DNA of 64,000 bases, from positions 1,037,873 to 1,101,872 of the forward strand of contig CBDHCC010000001.1 in NCBI GenBank assembly GCA_965261015.1, read 5' to 3'. Of this stretch, positions 45,326 through 54,956 are shown piece after piece. Under the pieces are notes generated by a model. That model saw only the letters and a list, made by a program, of their open reading frames with translations. It did not search any database and had not been told where the DNA came from. Each line of letters opens with the position of its first letter. Within the stretch, counting starts at the first letter, position 1. Both the position numbers and the translations under genes were made by a program. The stretch comes from Sphingomonadaceae bacterium (lineage in GTDB: Bacteria > Pseudomonadota > Alphaproteobacteria > Sphingomonadales > Sphingomonadaceae).

Positions 45326-46096
45326 TCAGCCCGCGCCGCACGCCCGGCAGGCCGGGTCCTTGGCGATGCGGATGGCGCGCAGCGCAGGGGCCAGGCCGTC
45401 CACCACCAGCAGCGCGCCGGCGCGCACGGCGCCCACGCCCGCCAGCAGGCGCGCGGCGTGCAGGCCGGCCAGCTCGCCGACCCAGCCCACGAACGGTCCG
45501 AACACGCCGACCTCCGCGCACGAATCGCAGTCGTCCGCGTCGTGGGCGTCGCCGACATAGCAGCGATAGCACGGGGCCTCGTCCCACCCGCGAAAGACGC
45601 CGACCTGCCCCCCGAACTGGCCGACGGCGGCGGAGAGCAGGGGGATGCGGGCGCGCACGAGATGGTCGCTGACCACCAGGCGGGTCGCGAAATTGTCGGT
45701 GCCGTCGACCACCAGGTCCGCGCCGTCCGTCAGCGCCGCGACGCTGTCGGCCGTGATCCGCTCCGTCCGGCCGGAGACCGCGACGTGGCGGTTGAGGCGG
45801 CGCACCGCGTCGGCGGCGGCGTCGGCCTTTGGCCGGCCCAGATCGGCCTCGCCATAGAGCGTCTGGCGGGGCAGGTTGGACAATTCCACCCGGTCGTCGT
45901 CCACCACCCGGATCGCCCCCACCCCGGCGGCCGCGAGCGACCGGATCACCGGACAGCCGATGCCGCCCGCGCCCAGCACCACCACCCGCGCGTGCGCCAG
46001 CCGCACCTGGCCCGCCCCGCCCAACGCCGGCAGGATCATCTGCCGGGCATACCGGTCCAGCTCGTCGTCGGAGAGGGCGCGGGGGGGGAGGGTCAC
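45326..46096 (-). CDS. ThiF/MoeB/HesA family adenylyltransferase (E1-like)
   Basis: LDRYARQMILPALGGAGQVRLAHARVVVLGAGGIGCPV ... CYRC ... CRAC zinc-site Cys pairs. Confidence 0.85.
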   Translation of the reverse strand: MTLPPRALSDDELDRYARQMILPALGGAGQVRLAHARVVVLGAGGIGCPVIRSLAAAGVGAIRVVDDDRVELSNLPRQTLYGEADLGRPKADAAADAVRRLNRHVAVSGRTERITADSVAALTDGADLVVDGTDNFATRLVVSDHLVRARIPLLSAAVGQFGGQVGVFRGWDEAPCYRCYVGDAHDADDCDSCAEVGVFGPFVGWVGELAGLHAARLLAGVGAVRAGALLVVDGLAPALRAIRIAKDPACRACGAG

Positions 46097-46115
46097 GCGC
46101 GTCCGGCCCGCCCCC

Positions 46116-46571
46116 TCACCGGCCGGTCGATCCGAAGCCGCCGGTGCCGCGCGCGCTGTCGGGCAGGGCGTCGACCTCGACCCAGGCCACGCGGTGCACG
46201 GGGGCCAGCACCAGTTGCGCGATCCGCTCTCCGCGCCGGACCGCGAAATCGTCCTCGCCCCCGTTCCTCAGGATCACCTTCAGTTCGCCGCGATAGTCGC
46301 TGTCGATCGTGCCGGGCGCGTTGGGCACCGTCAGCCCGTGGGCGAGCGCCAGGCCGGAGCGCGGGCGGACCTGCACCTCCCACCCCTCCGGGATCGCCAG
46401 CGCCAGGCCGGTGGCGATCGCGGCCGTGCGGCCGGCGCGCAGCGTCAGGCTCTCGGCCGCCACCACGTCCAGCCCGGCCGCGCCCGGCGTGGCGTAGGCG
46501 GGCAGGGGCAGGCCGCCGCCGTTCGGCAGGCGTCGGATGGCGACGGGGACGGGCGCGCGATCAGAGGGCAT
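46116..46571 (-). CDS. dut: dUTP diphosphatase
   Basis: GAAGLDV ... [11 protein letters not shown] ... [11 protein letters not shown] ... [10 protein letters not shown]. Confidence 0.95.
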   Translation of the reverse strand: MPSDRAPVPVAIRRLPNGGGLPLPAYATPGAAGLDVVAAESLTLRAGRTAAIATGLALAIPEGWEVQVRPRSGLALAHGLTVPNAPGTIDSDYRGELKVILRNGGEDDFAVRRGERIAQLVLAPVHRVAWVEVDALPDSARGTGGFGSTGR

Positions 46572-47760
46572 CGGCGATCCGATCGACCAGCCGCCGGGCG
46601 ACCTCGTCCTTGGAAAGCGTCGGCCAGTGTTCCTCGCCGTCGGCCGTCAACAGGTGGACCGTGTTGTCGGCCCCGCCCATCACGTCGCCCGACACGTCGT
46701 TGGCGACGATCCAGTCGCACCCCTTGGCCCGCCGCTTGGCGCGCGCGTGGTCCAGCACGTCGTGGGTCTCGGCCGCGAAGCCCACCAGGAGGGCGGGGCG
46801 GTCGGGCGAGCGGGCGAGGGTGGCCAGGATGTCCGGATTCTCCGTGAGCGCGAGGGCGGGCGGGCCGTCCGCGCCCTTCTTGATCTTGGCCGCGCGGGGC
46901 TCGGCGCGCCAGTCGGCCACCGCGGCGGTCAGCACGGCGATGTCGGCGGGCAGCGCGGCGGCGACCGCTTCGGCCATCTGGCGCGCGGTTTGCACGTCGA
47001 TCCGCTCGACGCCGCCGGGCGTGGCGAGCGCCACCGGCCCGGCGACCAGCGTGACCCGCGCCCCGGCCCGCGCGGCGGCGGCGGCGAGCGCGAAGCCCTG
47101 TCGCCCGCTCGACCGGTTGGCGAGGTAGCGCACCGGGTCGATCGGCTCGTGCGTCGGACCGGCGGTGACCAGGAGGTGGCGGCCGGAGAGCGGGCCGGCG
47201 GCGGGGGCCAGACCCCGCTCGATCTCCGCCAGGATGGCGGGCGGTTCGGGCAGGCGGCCGGGTCCGTGCTCGCCGCACGCCATGTCGCCCACATCGGGCT
47301 CCATCACCGCCACGCCGCGCGCGCGCAGGGTGGCGACGTTGGCCCGCGTCGCCGCGTGCTCCCACATCCGCACGTTCATCGCCGGCACCATCAGCACGGG
47401 CGCGTCGGTCGCGAGCAGGAGCGTGGAGGCCAGGTCGTCGCTCAACCCCGCCGCCGCGCGGGCCAATCGGTTGGCCGACGCGGGGGCGATCACGATCAGG
47501 TCGGCGCGGCGCGACAGCTGGATGTGGCCCATGGTGGCCTCGTCCAGGGTCCACAGGTCGGTGTGCACCGGCTGGCCGGACAAGGCCTCCAGCGTCAGCG
47601 CGGTCACGAACCGCGCGCCACCGTCGGTCAGCACGCACTCGACCGAATGGCCGGCCCCGCGCGCGAGGCGCACCAGCTCGCACGCCTTGTAGGCGGCGAT
47701 GCCCCCGCCGACGATCAGGAGCAGGCGGCTCAAGGATTTGCCGCCAGTTCGGCGCGGCAC
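46561..47760 (-). CDS. coaBC: Bifunctional phosphopantothenoylcysteine decarboxylase / phosphopantothenate--cysteine ligase
   Basis: [14 protein letters not shown] flavoprotein N-terminus and the [23 protein letters not shown] ligase motif. The start may instead be TTG 47733, which forms a TTGA overlap with the hepT stop. Confidence 0.92.
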   Translation of the reverse strand: MPRRTGGKSLSRLLLIVGGGIAAYKACELVRLARGAGHSVECVLTDGGARFVTALTLEALSGQPVHTDLWTLDEATMGHIQLSRRADLIVIAPASANRLARAAAGLSDDLASTLLLATDAPVLMVPAMNVRMWEHAATRANVATLRARGVAVMEPDVGDMACGEHGPGRLPEPPAILAEIERGLAPAAGPLSGRHLLVTAGPTHEPIDPVRYLANRSSGRQGFALAAAAARAGARVTLVAGPVALATPGGVERIDVQTARQMAEAVAAALPADIAVLTAAVADWRAEPRAAKIKKGADGPPALALTENPDILATLARSPDRPALLVGFAAETHDVLDHARAKRRAKGCDWIVANDVSGDVMGGADNTVHLLTADGEEHWPTLSKDEVARRLVDRIADAL

Positions 47761-48068
47761 ATGGCTTCGATCGGGTCCAGGTCGTTCTGTAGGGTCTGGT
47801 AGACGATCCTCCGCTCCACCTCTTCATAGGTGTGGACGATGATGTTCCGCATCACCCGCATTTCAGCCCAGGGCAGCATGGTGTGACGCAAACGGATCTC
47901 CGGCGACAGCTTGCCGGCCTCCTCGGCGATCACGCTGATGCGGAAGATCGCCAGGTCGAACTCGTCGACGTCGGAGAGCTGATCCAGCCGCAGCGGGACC
48001 GAGCGCCGACGCAATCGGGCAAGCATCTCAAGCATGAGCGCCAGCCGTCTGGCGTCCAGTTCGGTCAC
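47730..48068 (-). CDS. hepT: HepT-like (DUF86) RNase toxin
   Basis: RNIIVHTY is the Rx4HxY motif. 112 aa. ATGA overlap with the upstream nucleotidyltransferase gene. Confidence 0.85.
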   Translation of the reverse strand: MTELDARRLALMLEMLARLRRRSVPLRLDQLSDVDEFDLAIFRISVIAEEAGKLSPEIRLRHTMLPWAEMRVMRNIIVHTYEEVERRIVYQTLQNDLDPIEAMCRAELAANP

Positions 48069-48364
48069 CCGAACACTCGCTGAAGATCGCGCCGGGCGTT
48101 GTCTCCAAAGCGCCCCTTCAACATGCCAATCGTCACCAGGTCCACCGAACGGCCGAGCACGTCCTCCATCCTGAGTTTCAGGCCGGCGAACTGAAACAGT
48201 CCGATTTTGGCGTCCTCCTTCAGCCTACACGCCAGATCCACGTCGCTGTCCGGCCGCTCCTCGCCCCGCGCGACGGAGCCGAACAGGTCCAGCGCCTCGA
48301 TGCCCGCCGCGCGCAGTTCGGCCTCGTGCGCGCGCAGGACGGCGGTGACTTCGTCGCGGGTCAT
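48065..48364 (-). CDS. mntA: MntA-like minimal nucleotidyltransferase antitoxin
   Basis: LFGSVARGEERPDSDVDL is the GSx10DxD motif. The ATG at 48364 (MTRDEVTAVL) is preferred over the track start. Confidence 0.85.
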   Translation of the reverse strand: MTRDEVTAVLRAHEAELRAAGIEALDLFGSVARGEERPDSDVDLACRLKEDAKIGLFQFAGLKLRMEDVLGRSVDLVTIGMLKGRFGDNARRDLQRVFG

Positions 48365-48413
48365 CTGAGGCGCTATAGCGCAGTCGGCGGTCCGGCACAC
48401 ATGGCGGGCCGGG

Positions 48414-48749
48414 TCACGGCAGCAGCACGGACCGGAGCGCCGCCTCCACCCGCGCCGCGTCGCCATGCGACAGGCACCCGATGCGCTCGCCCAAGATCGA
48501 GGTGGCGAGCGTCAGCAGGCGTGGTCGGACCTTGCAGTCGGCCGTCAGTCCCGCCGCCGCCCTGTCGCCGATCGCGCAGTCCCCCGGCCAGTCGGATTGG
48601 CGCGCCGAGGTGATCATGGCGAGCACGACGTTGCCGGTCGCCGCCGACCACCGCGCGTCGGTCAGCACCAGCGCGGGGCGGCGCTTCGAGCGCCCGGAGT
48701 CGCTGAACGGGAAGTCGACGACGTGGACCGCGAAGCGCTCACAGGTCAC
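48414..48749 (-). CDS. MazF/PemK family toxin
   Basis: VHVVDFPFSDSGRSKRRPALVLT...VVLAMITS is typical of the PemK N-terminus. GTG start overlaps the antitoxin gene by 11 nt. Confidence 0.8.
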   Translation of the reverse strand: MTCERFAVHVVDFPFSDSGRSKRRPALVLTDARWSAATGNVVLAMITSARQSDWPGDCAIGDRAAAGLTADCKVRPRLLTLATSILGERIGCLSHGDAARVEAALRSVLLP

Positions 48750-48963
48750 GGAACGCCTCGTCGTCTTCCGCCGAACCCCACTCCACCATCTGCGCGAGCG
48801 ACAGCCGCGCCCACGCCTCGTCCGCCGCGTCCACCTTGCGGATGAGCACGCGGTCGCCCTGGATGGCGAAGCCGATCCGGTCGCCCGCCTTCAAGTCAAG
48901 CGCGGCGCGCACGTCCGCCGGAATCGTCGTCTGGTGCTTGGAGGTGAGCTTGGCGGAGTGCAT
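48739..48963 (-). CDS. AbrB/MazE/SpoVT family antitoxin
   Basis: MHSAKLTSKHQTTIPADVRAALDLKAGDRIGFAIQGDRVLIRKV is a swapped-hairpin SpoVT/AbrB fold signature. ATG at 48963. Confidence 0.8.
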   Translation of the reverse strand: MHSAKLTSKHQTTIPADVRAALDLKAGDRIGFAIQGDRVLIRKVDAADEAWARLSLAQMVEWGSAEDDEAFRDL

Positions 48964-49005
48964 CGCCTTACCGTAAGGGGGTAAGGACAATCCAGCAAGC
49001 AACGC

Positions 49006-49464
49006 TTATCCCCGCAGCAGGATCGCACGGTCAAGCTGCATCGCAATAGCTCCGGTGAGAAGCGGAAGGGCGAGAACGACCCAGTCGCCAGGCGCCTTGG
49101 CGAAGAGATCTGAGGCAAGAGCCAGGCCTGCCAGCAGGCCCACTCCGGCACCAACCAACGCGAAGCTGAGCCGGTCGGTCCGACCGAGGAGGAGGAGGGC
49201 CGAGCCGCCGAACAGCGCACCGGCCAATCCGGTGAACCAAGCCAGCGGTGCCCAAAGCGGACCTAGGACGACCGCCATCAACCCGGCCAAGAACACTGCT
49301 CCAAGGCCGGAAACCGAGTTCCACGAGCTGACAGGACCGGTGAACAGAGCGGCCGCCATTATCAGCAGCATGAAGATGGCGGGCGCGAGGACGGCCGTCA
49401 GTAACGACGCCAGGATCGCACGACCAGGCGATGGCCACTGGCCAGCGCCCCTCACCCCAGCCAT
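49006..49464 (-). CDS. Hypothetical 4-5 TM membrane protein (152 aa)
   Basis: It is the strongly hydrophobic tail of the track ORF 49006..50487. The in-frame ATG at 49464 overlaps the ubiB 3' end by 13 nt. The start is uncertain. Confidence 0.5.
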   Translation of the reverse strand: MAGVRGAGQWPSPGRAILASLLTAVLAPAIFMLLIMAAALFTGPVSSWNSVSGLGAVFLAGLMAVVLGPLWAPLAWFTGLAGALFGGSALLLLGRTDRLSFALVGAGVGLLAGLALASDLFAKAPGDWVVLALPLLTGAIAMQLDRAILLRG

Positions 49465-50990
49465 GCCACCAGTCCCGCGCCGACCGCCGCGGCGAACAGC
49501 GCCACCGCGCCGTGGGTGGCCCAGCCCTTGAGGCGCGTGCCCACGATCTCGATCGGCACGGTGGGTGGTTCCGGTGGGGCGCCGCCCTCCGGTGGCAGGT
49601 AGCGTTCCAGGCGGCGCACCAGTTCGGGCACCAGCGCCAGGGTGCGCGCACCCTCCACCAGCCCGTCGGCCAGCCGCGCCTCCGGCCCCAGCTCGGTCCT
49701 CAGCCAGTCGCGCACGAACGGCTCGGCCACCTCCCACATGTTGATGTCGGGGTCGAGGCCGGTGGCGACGCCCTCGACCATCACCATCGTCTTTTGCAGC
49801 AAGAGCAGGTGCGGCTGGGTCTGCATGTCGAAGTCGCGGGTGATGGCGAACAGCCCGTCCAGCATGACGCCGATCGACACGTCCTTGACCGCCTTGCCCC
49901 GCATCGGCTCGCCCACCGCGCGCAGGGCGGTCGCGAACTCGGCCACGGAATGGTGGGGCGGGACGTACCCCGCCTCGAAATGGATTTCGGCCACGCGGGC
50001 ATAGTCGCCCACGATCAGCCCATAGAGGATCTCCGCCAGCCAGCGGCGCGCGCGGCGGTCGATGCGGCCCATGATGCCGAAATCGATGGCGGCGATCCGG
50101 CCTTCGGGCGTCACGAACAGGTTGCCCTGGTGCAGGTCGGCGTGGAAGAAACCGTCGGCGATCGCCTGGCGCAGGAAGGCCATGACCAGCGTGCGCGCCA
50201 GCCGGGCCGTGTCGTGGCCGGCGGCCGCGATGTCGTCGCGGCGCGACACCTTCGTGCCGTCGATCCACTCCATCGTCAGCACGGTGCGCGCGGTGCGGTC
50301 CCAATCGATCGCCGGCACGCGGTAGTCGGGCACCGCCTCCATCCCCGCCGCCAGTTCCGACGCCGACGCCGCCTCGCGCCGCAGGTCCAGCTCGTTCAAG
50401 GTCCAGCGCTTCAGGTTGGCGACGACCAGCTGGGGGCGCAGCCGGCGCAGCTCTCCGCCGAGCGATTCCAGATGGGCGGCGGCCCATTCGTAGGTGTCGA
50501 TGTCCGACAGGAACTGGCGCTCCACCCCCGGCCGCACGACCTTGACCGCGACCGTGCGGCCATCGGTGGTGACCGCGCGATGGACCTGCGCGATGGAGGC
50601 GGAACCCACCGGATCCTCCTCGAAGCGGTCGAACAGGGCCTCGATCGGCCGGCCCAGCCCCGCCTCCACGGCTTCGCGGATGCGCGCGAAGGGGATGGGG
50701 GGCAGCGAGTCCTGCAGGCTCAGGAGGTCGGCGGTCGCCTGCGGCCCCACCAGGTCGGGCCGGGTGGCGAGCGTCTGGCCCAGCTTCACCGCCGCCGGCC
50801 CGACCGCCCGGAACGCCTCCGCATAGCGCGGATGGCGGGGGCCGCGCGTGCCCAGGCCGATCACGCCGATCGCGCGGCGCACGCCGGGCGGGGTCATCGG
50901 ATCGCGCGCGATGCCGCGCAACGCCCCGTGGCGCGCCAGGGTGCGGCCCCAGCGGCCCAGCCGGGCGATGTGCGTGACGGCGGATGTCAC
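49452..50990 (-). CDS. ubiB: UbiB (ABC1/ADCK-type kinase-like ubiquinone biosynthesis protein)
   Basis: AVKLGQTLATRPDLVG, SIAQVHRA and FFHADLHQGNLFV motifs. 512 aa. Confidence 0.92.
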   Translation of the reverse strand: MTSAVTHIARLGRWGRTLARHGALRGIARDPMTPPGVRRAIGVIGLGTRGPRHPRYAEAFRAVGPAAVKLGQTLATRPDLVGPQATADLLSLQDSLPPIPFARIREAVEAGLGRPIEALFDRFEEDPVGSASIAQVHRAVTTDGRTVAVKVVRPGVERQFLSDIDTYEWAAAHLESLGGELRRLRPQLVVANLKRWTLNELDLRREAASASELAAGMEAVPDYRVPAIDWDRTARTVLTMEWIDGTKVSRRDDIAAAGHDTARLARTLVMAFLRQAIADGFFHADLHQGNLFVTPEGRIAAIDFGIMGRIDRRARRWLAEILYGLIVGDYARVAEIHFEAGYVPPHHSVAEFATALRAVGEPMRGKAVKDVSIGVMLDGLFAITRDFDMQTQPHLLLLQKTMVMVEGVATGLDPDINMWEVAEPFVRDWLRTELGPEARLADGLVEGARTLALVPELVRRLERYLPPEGGAPPEPPTVPIEIVGTRLKGWATHGAVALFAAAVGAGLVAWLG

Positions 50991-50997
50991 CGCGCGA

Positions 50998-51729
50998 TCA
51001 GACCTTCCAGCCGGAATGGATGGCGACCAGCCCGCCGCCGATCGGCTCCACCCGCGCGTTGGCGAAGCCCGCCGCCTCGATCATCCGCCGGAACTCGGCC
51101 ATCGGCGGAAAGCGGCGGATCGACTCCGCCAGATAGCGATAGGCGGCCTCGTCGCCCGCCACCACGCGCCCGATCTTCGGCAGGACGTTCAGCGAATAGG
51201 CGTCGTAGAGCTGCTTCAGCCCCGGCCACTCGACCGTGGAGAACTCCAGGCAATAGAAGCGTCCGCCAAAGCGCAGCACGCGGTGCGCCTCGGCCAGGGC
51301 GGCGGGGATGTCGGTGACGTTCCGGATGCCGAACGCGATGGTATAGGCGTCGAACCGCGCGTCGGCGAAGGACAGTGTCTCCGCATTCTCCTCGCGCCAG
51401 GTGATCGCGGTGACCCCGTCGGCCGCCGCGCGGTCCTGACCGACCTCGAGCATGGCCGGGTTGATGTCGGCGGCGACCACATCGGCCCCCGCGCGCGCCA
51501 GGCGAAAGGCGACGTCGCCGGTGCCGCCCGCCATATCCAGCACGCGCTCGCCCGCGCGGGGCCGCACGCGGCGCACGAACCGGTCCTTCCACGCCCGGTG
51601 CAGACCGCCCGACATCAGGTCGTTCATCAGGTCGTAGCGCCCGGCCACGCCGTCGAACACCTGGCCTACGCGGCGCGTCTTGTCGTCGCGCGGCACGCGC
51701 TCGAAACCGAAATCCACCATGTCCGCCAT
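50998..51729 (-). CDS. ubiE: Ubiquinone/menaquinone biosynthesis C-methyltransferase
   Basis: [25 protein letters not shown] ... [13 protein letters not shown] motif. Confidence 0.93.
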   Translation of the reverse strand: MADMVDFGFERVPRDDKTRRVGQVFDGVAGRYDLMNDLMSGGLHRAWKDRFVRRVRPRAGERVLDMAGGTGDVAFRLARAGADVVAADINPAMLEVGQDRAAADGVTAITWREENAETLSFADARFDAYTIAFGIRNVTDIPAALAEAHRVLRFGGRFYCLEFSTVEWPGLKQLYDAYSLNVLPKIGRVVAGDEAAYRYLAESIRRFPPMAEFRRMIEAAGFANARVEPIGGGLVAIHSGWKV

Positions 51730-51794
51730 GGCGTTGCCCTAGCTGGCGGGCCGGGGGCTGGCAAAGGGGAATGCGGCCGCCGATATCGGGCCCC

Positions 51795-52607
51795 ATGCCC
51801 GAACTGCCCGAAGTCGAAACCACCGTGCGCGGCCTGGCGCCGGTCCTGCTGGAGCGCCGGATCGCCGGCGTGGAGGCGCGCCGGCCCGACCTGCGCCGCC
51901 CGCTGCCGGCCGATCTGGACCGACGGCTGACGGGCGCGGTCGTCACCGGCCTGTCGCGGCGCGCCAAATACGGACTGATCGCGACGGACCGGGGCGACAC
52001 GCTGGTGTTCCACCTGGGCATGAGCGGGCGCTGGCGGATCGACCCGGACGCGATCGGCCCGCACGACCATGTCGTGGTGCGGGTGGAAGGCGGGGGCGTG
52101 CTGGCGCTGAACGACCCGCGCCGCTTTGGCAGCCTGGACCTGGTGCGGACCGACACGCTGGCCGGGTGGGGGCCGTTCGCCGCCATGGGTCCGGAGCCGC
52201 TGGACGAGGGGTTCGACGGCGCGGTGCTGGCGGCGGCGTTCCGGGGGCGTCGCACGCCCGTCAAGGCGGCGCTGCTGGATCAGCGCCGGGTGGCGGGGCT
52301 GGGCAACATCTATGTGCTGGAAGCGCTGCACCGCGCCGGCATCGCGCCCGCGCGCGCGGCGGGGCGGATCGGGCGGGCACGGCTGGACCGGCTGGCCGAC
52401 GCGATCCGCGCCGTGCTGGTCCAGTCGATCGCGGCCGGGGGGTCGACGCTGCGCGACTTCGCGCGGCCCGACGGCGAACTGGGCTATTTCGCCAAGGACT
52501 GGCGGGTCTATGGGCGCGAGGGACAGGCGTGCGGGTGCGGGGCCACGATCCGGCGGCGGGTGGAAGCGGGGCGCTCGACCTTCTGGTGCGCGGCCTGCCA
52601 GCATTGA
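51795..52607 (+). CDS. mutM: Formamidopyrimidine-DNA glycosylase
   Basis: [15 protein letters not shown]-terminus and a C-terminal CxxC...CxxC zinc finger ([24 protein letters not shown]). Confidence 0.93.
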   Translation: MPELPEVETTVRGLAPVLLERRIAGVEARRPDLRRPLPADLDRRLTGAVVTGLSRRAKYGLIATDRGDTLVFHLGMSGRWRIDPDAIGPHDHVVVRVEGGGVLALNDPRRFGSLDLVRTDTLAGWGPFAAMGPEPLDEGFDGAVLAAAFRGRRTPVKAALLDQRRVAGLGNIYVLEALHRAGIAPARAAGRIGRARLDRLADAIRAVLVQSIAAGGSTLRDFARPDGELGYFAKDWRVYGREGQACGCGATIRRRVEAGRSTFWCAACQH

Positions 52608-52635
52608 GTGCGGCGGGTAAAAGGACGAACGGAAG

Positions 52636-52657
52636 CCCCTCTCTTTCGGGGGAGGGG
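52636..52657. repeat. Isolated family A-type hairpin CCCCTCTC-tttcgg-GGGAGGGG after mutM
   Basis: An 8-bp stem 29 nt after the mutM stop, with no T-tract. It has the same CCCTC/GAGGG arms as family A. Confidence 0.5.
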
Positions 52658-52797
52658 TCTCGCCGCCAACGGGCTGAACCTGGCGCCCTGCTCAAGCGCT
52701 CGTCCGCCTTGACGCTCCCGCCCCGCCCGGTTACCTCGCCCCTTTCCGCGCGGGCCCGATGGTCGGCGCGCCGTTTTGTACGCAACGAGGACCAGTC

Positions 52798-53061
52798 ATG
52801 GCGAACACGCCGCAAGCCACCAAGCGCATCCGCCGCAACAACGCCCGCGCGGCGGTCAACACCGCGCGCGTCAGCCGCATCCGCACCTTCATCAAGCGCG
52901 TCGAGACGGCGCTGGCCGGCGGCGACGCGGCCGAGGCGAAGGCCGCCCTGTCCGCCATGCAGCCGGAACTGGCGCGCGGCGTGGCGAAGGGCGTGGTCAA
53001 TAAGAACACTGCGTCGCGCAAGATGAGCCGGCTGTCCAAGCGAGTCTCCGCGCTGGGCTGA
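52798..53061 (+). CDS. rpsT: 30S ribosomal protein S20
   Basis: [36 protein letters not shown]. Confidence 0.95.
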   Translation: MANTPQATKRIRRNNARAAVNTARVSRIRTFIKRVETALAGGDAAEAKAALSAMQPELARGVAKGVVNKNTASRKMSRLSKRVSALG

Positions 53062-53098
53062 GCCCCGCCTGAAGTCCGCCGCCCGATCGGCTTTCGCG

Positions 53099-53133
53099 CC
53101 ACCCCGGCCCCATCCGGCCGGGGTGGCGTTTTG
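53099..53133 (+). terminator. Rho-independent terminator of rpsT
   Basis: CCACCCCGGCC-ccatcc-GGCCGGGGTGG is an 11-bp stem, followed by CGTTTTG. Confidence 0.75.
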
Positions 53134-53460
53134 CCGTGCGCGGCCCGGCCGCCGCCCTGCGCGTAAACCACGACAGGTCCGCGATTCGATGGCGGGGGTG
53201 GCGGGCCGGGCGCGCGAGAAGTGGCGGAATACCGCCGATTCCGGCCGGCCCCGCCGCAAAAGCGCGTCAAGCCCATTTATTGCAGTTTATTTGCACCCGC
53301 TCGCTTGCTCCGCCGTTCGCGCGGTCCCTAAAACACCTCTTCCGACGCGGCGACTCACTGACGCGGCGGGCACTGGACAGGTCGGCCCAAAGGTCCCTCG
53401 TCCCCGCGATTCGCGGGGCGGGACCGGTGCGTCCGATCGCCGAGAAGGGGGGAGGGCGCG

Positions 53461-54933
53461 ATGGACGACAGGCACGGCACCGCCGCCCGGCGCGCGTCCC
53501 CCGCGCCCACCGACGCCGCGGCCAGCCCCGCCCCGCCACCCGCGCTCGACGGTGCCGCCGTGGCGGACGGCTGGGGGCGCATCCGGGCCGGCCTGCGCCG
53601 CGATCTGGGCGCGCGCTCCTACGACCAGTGGCTGGGTCGCGCGCGGCTGGTGTCGTGCGTGGCGCCGCATTGGGAGCCGGTGGTGGCGCTGCCCTCGCCC
53701 TTCGTGCTCAATTGGATCGAGGAGCGGCATGGCGACCGGCTGCGGCTGGCCTTCCGCACGCTGATGCCCGGCGCGGGTCGGCTGCGGCTGGTGGTCGACG
53801 AGGCGGTGGGCGCGACCGTGCGTCGGATCGACCCGGTCGCGCCCGTCGCTATGGGCGAAGGCGCGGGCGGGGGCGATCCAGAGCCTCTGGCGCCCGTGCC
53901 CGCCGCCGGTCGGCCGCTGGACGCGCGCTTCACCTTCGACCGGTTCGTGGTGGGGGACGCCAACCGCATGGCCGCCGGCGCGGCGCAGGCGCTCGCCGGC
54001 GGGGCGGGCACGGGCTTCACGCCGCTGTTCGTCCATTCGCCGACCGGGCAGGGCAAGACCCACCTGGCCCACGCGGTCGGCCACGCGCTGCTCGACGCCC
54101 GGCCCGATGCGCGGATCGAGTGCCTGTCGGCGGAGCGGTTCACCGTCGCATTCGTGGCCGCGATCAAGGCCGGCGACACGCTGCCCTTCAAGGATCGGCT
54201 GCGGTCCGCCGACCTGCTGATCCTGGACGACGTTCAGTTCATGGCCGGCAAGGGGTCGACCCAGACCGAGCTGCTGCACACGCTGGACGGCCTGATCGCG
54301 CTCGGCCGGCCGGTGGTGGTGACGGCGGACCGGCCGCCGCACCTGCTCGACGGGATCGAACCGCGCATCCGTTCGCGGCTGGGCGGCGGCCTGGTCGCCG
54401 ATCTGCGCCCCGCCGACCAGCCGCTGCGCCGCGCCATCCTGCAATCGAAGCTGGACGGACGGACCGCCGTGCCGGGCGAGGTGCTGGACCTGCTGTCCGA
54501 GCGCGTGGCGGGGTCGGTGCGAGAGCTGGAGGGCGCGCTCAACCGCCTGCTCGCCTATGCGGAGCTGGCCGGTGCGCCCGTCACGCTGGCCTTTGCGGGG
54601 GACGTGCTGTCGGACATGCTGCTGACCGCGCGACGCCGGGTCACGATCGAGGAGATCCAGGATCGGGTCGCCGGCCATTTCCGGCTGGGCCGCGACGAAA
54701 TGCTGTCGACCCGCCGGGCACGGTCCGTCGCCCGCCCGCGCCAGATCGCGATGTACCTGGCGAAGTCGCTCACCCCCCGGTCGCTGCCCGACATCGGCCG
54801 ACGCTTCGGGCGCGACCACACCACGGTCCTGCACGCCGTGCGCACGGTGGAGCGGTTGCGCCGGGAGGATGGAGAGCTGGACGCCGACGTGCGCCGGCTG
54901 ACACGCGAGTTGGAGGCCGCGGTGCTGGGCTAG
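53461..54933 (+). CDS. dnaA: Chromosomal replication initiator protein DnaA
   Basis: Walker A SPTGQGKTHLAHAV. The DnaA signature is at the C-terminus (RSLPDIGRRFGRDHTTVLHAVRTV). Confidence 0.95.
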   Translation: MDDRHGTAARRASPAPTDAAASPAPPPALDGAAVADGWGRIRAGLRRDLGARSYDQWLGRARLVSCVAPHWEPVVALPSPFVLNWIEERHGDRLRLAFRTLMPGAGRLRLVVDEAVGATVRRIDPVAPVAMGEGAGGGDPEPLAPVPAAGRPLDARFTFDRFVVGDANRMAAGAAQALAGGAGTGFTPLFVHSPTGQGKTHLAHAVGHALLDARPDARIECLSAERFTVAFVAAIKAGDTLPFKDRLRSADLLILDDVQFMAGKGSTQTELLHTLDGLIALGRPVVVTADRPPHLLDGIEPRIRSRLGGGLVADLRPADQPLRRAILQSKLDGRTAVPGEVLDLLSERVAGSVRELEGALNRLLAYAELAGAPVTLAFAGDVLSDMLLTARRRVTIEEIQDRVAGHFRLGRDEMLSTRRARSVARPRQIAMYLAKSLTPRSLPDIGRRFGRDHTTVLHAVRTVERLRREDGELDADVRRLTRELEAAVLG

Positions 54934-54956
54934 TCAGCCCCGCACCGCGCAACCCA

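Noticed and set aside
43016-47128. A 1370-aa plus-strand ORF, the longest in the track
   Set aside because: It runs antisense across nrdA, the moeB-like gene, dut and coaBC, all of which have unmistakable motifs on the minus strand. Its translation is Arg/Ala/Gly/Pro-rich low-complexity sequence with no recognisable domain. It is a stop-codon-poor shadow ORF typical of high-GC DNA.
53134-53460. Possible chromosomal origin (oriC) between rpsT and dnaA
   Set aside because: I found no cluster of DnaA boxes (TTATCCACA or close variants) and no substantial AT-rich unwinding element, only a ~25-bp AT-rich patch. In many alphaproteobacteria the origin lies near hemE rather than next to dnaA. I treated the region as the dnaA promoter.
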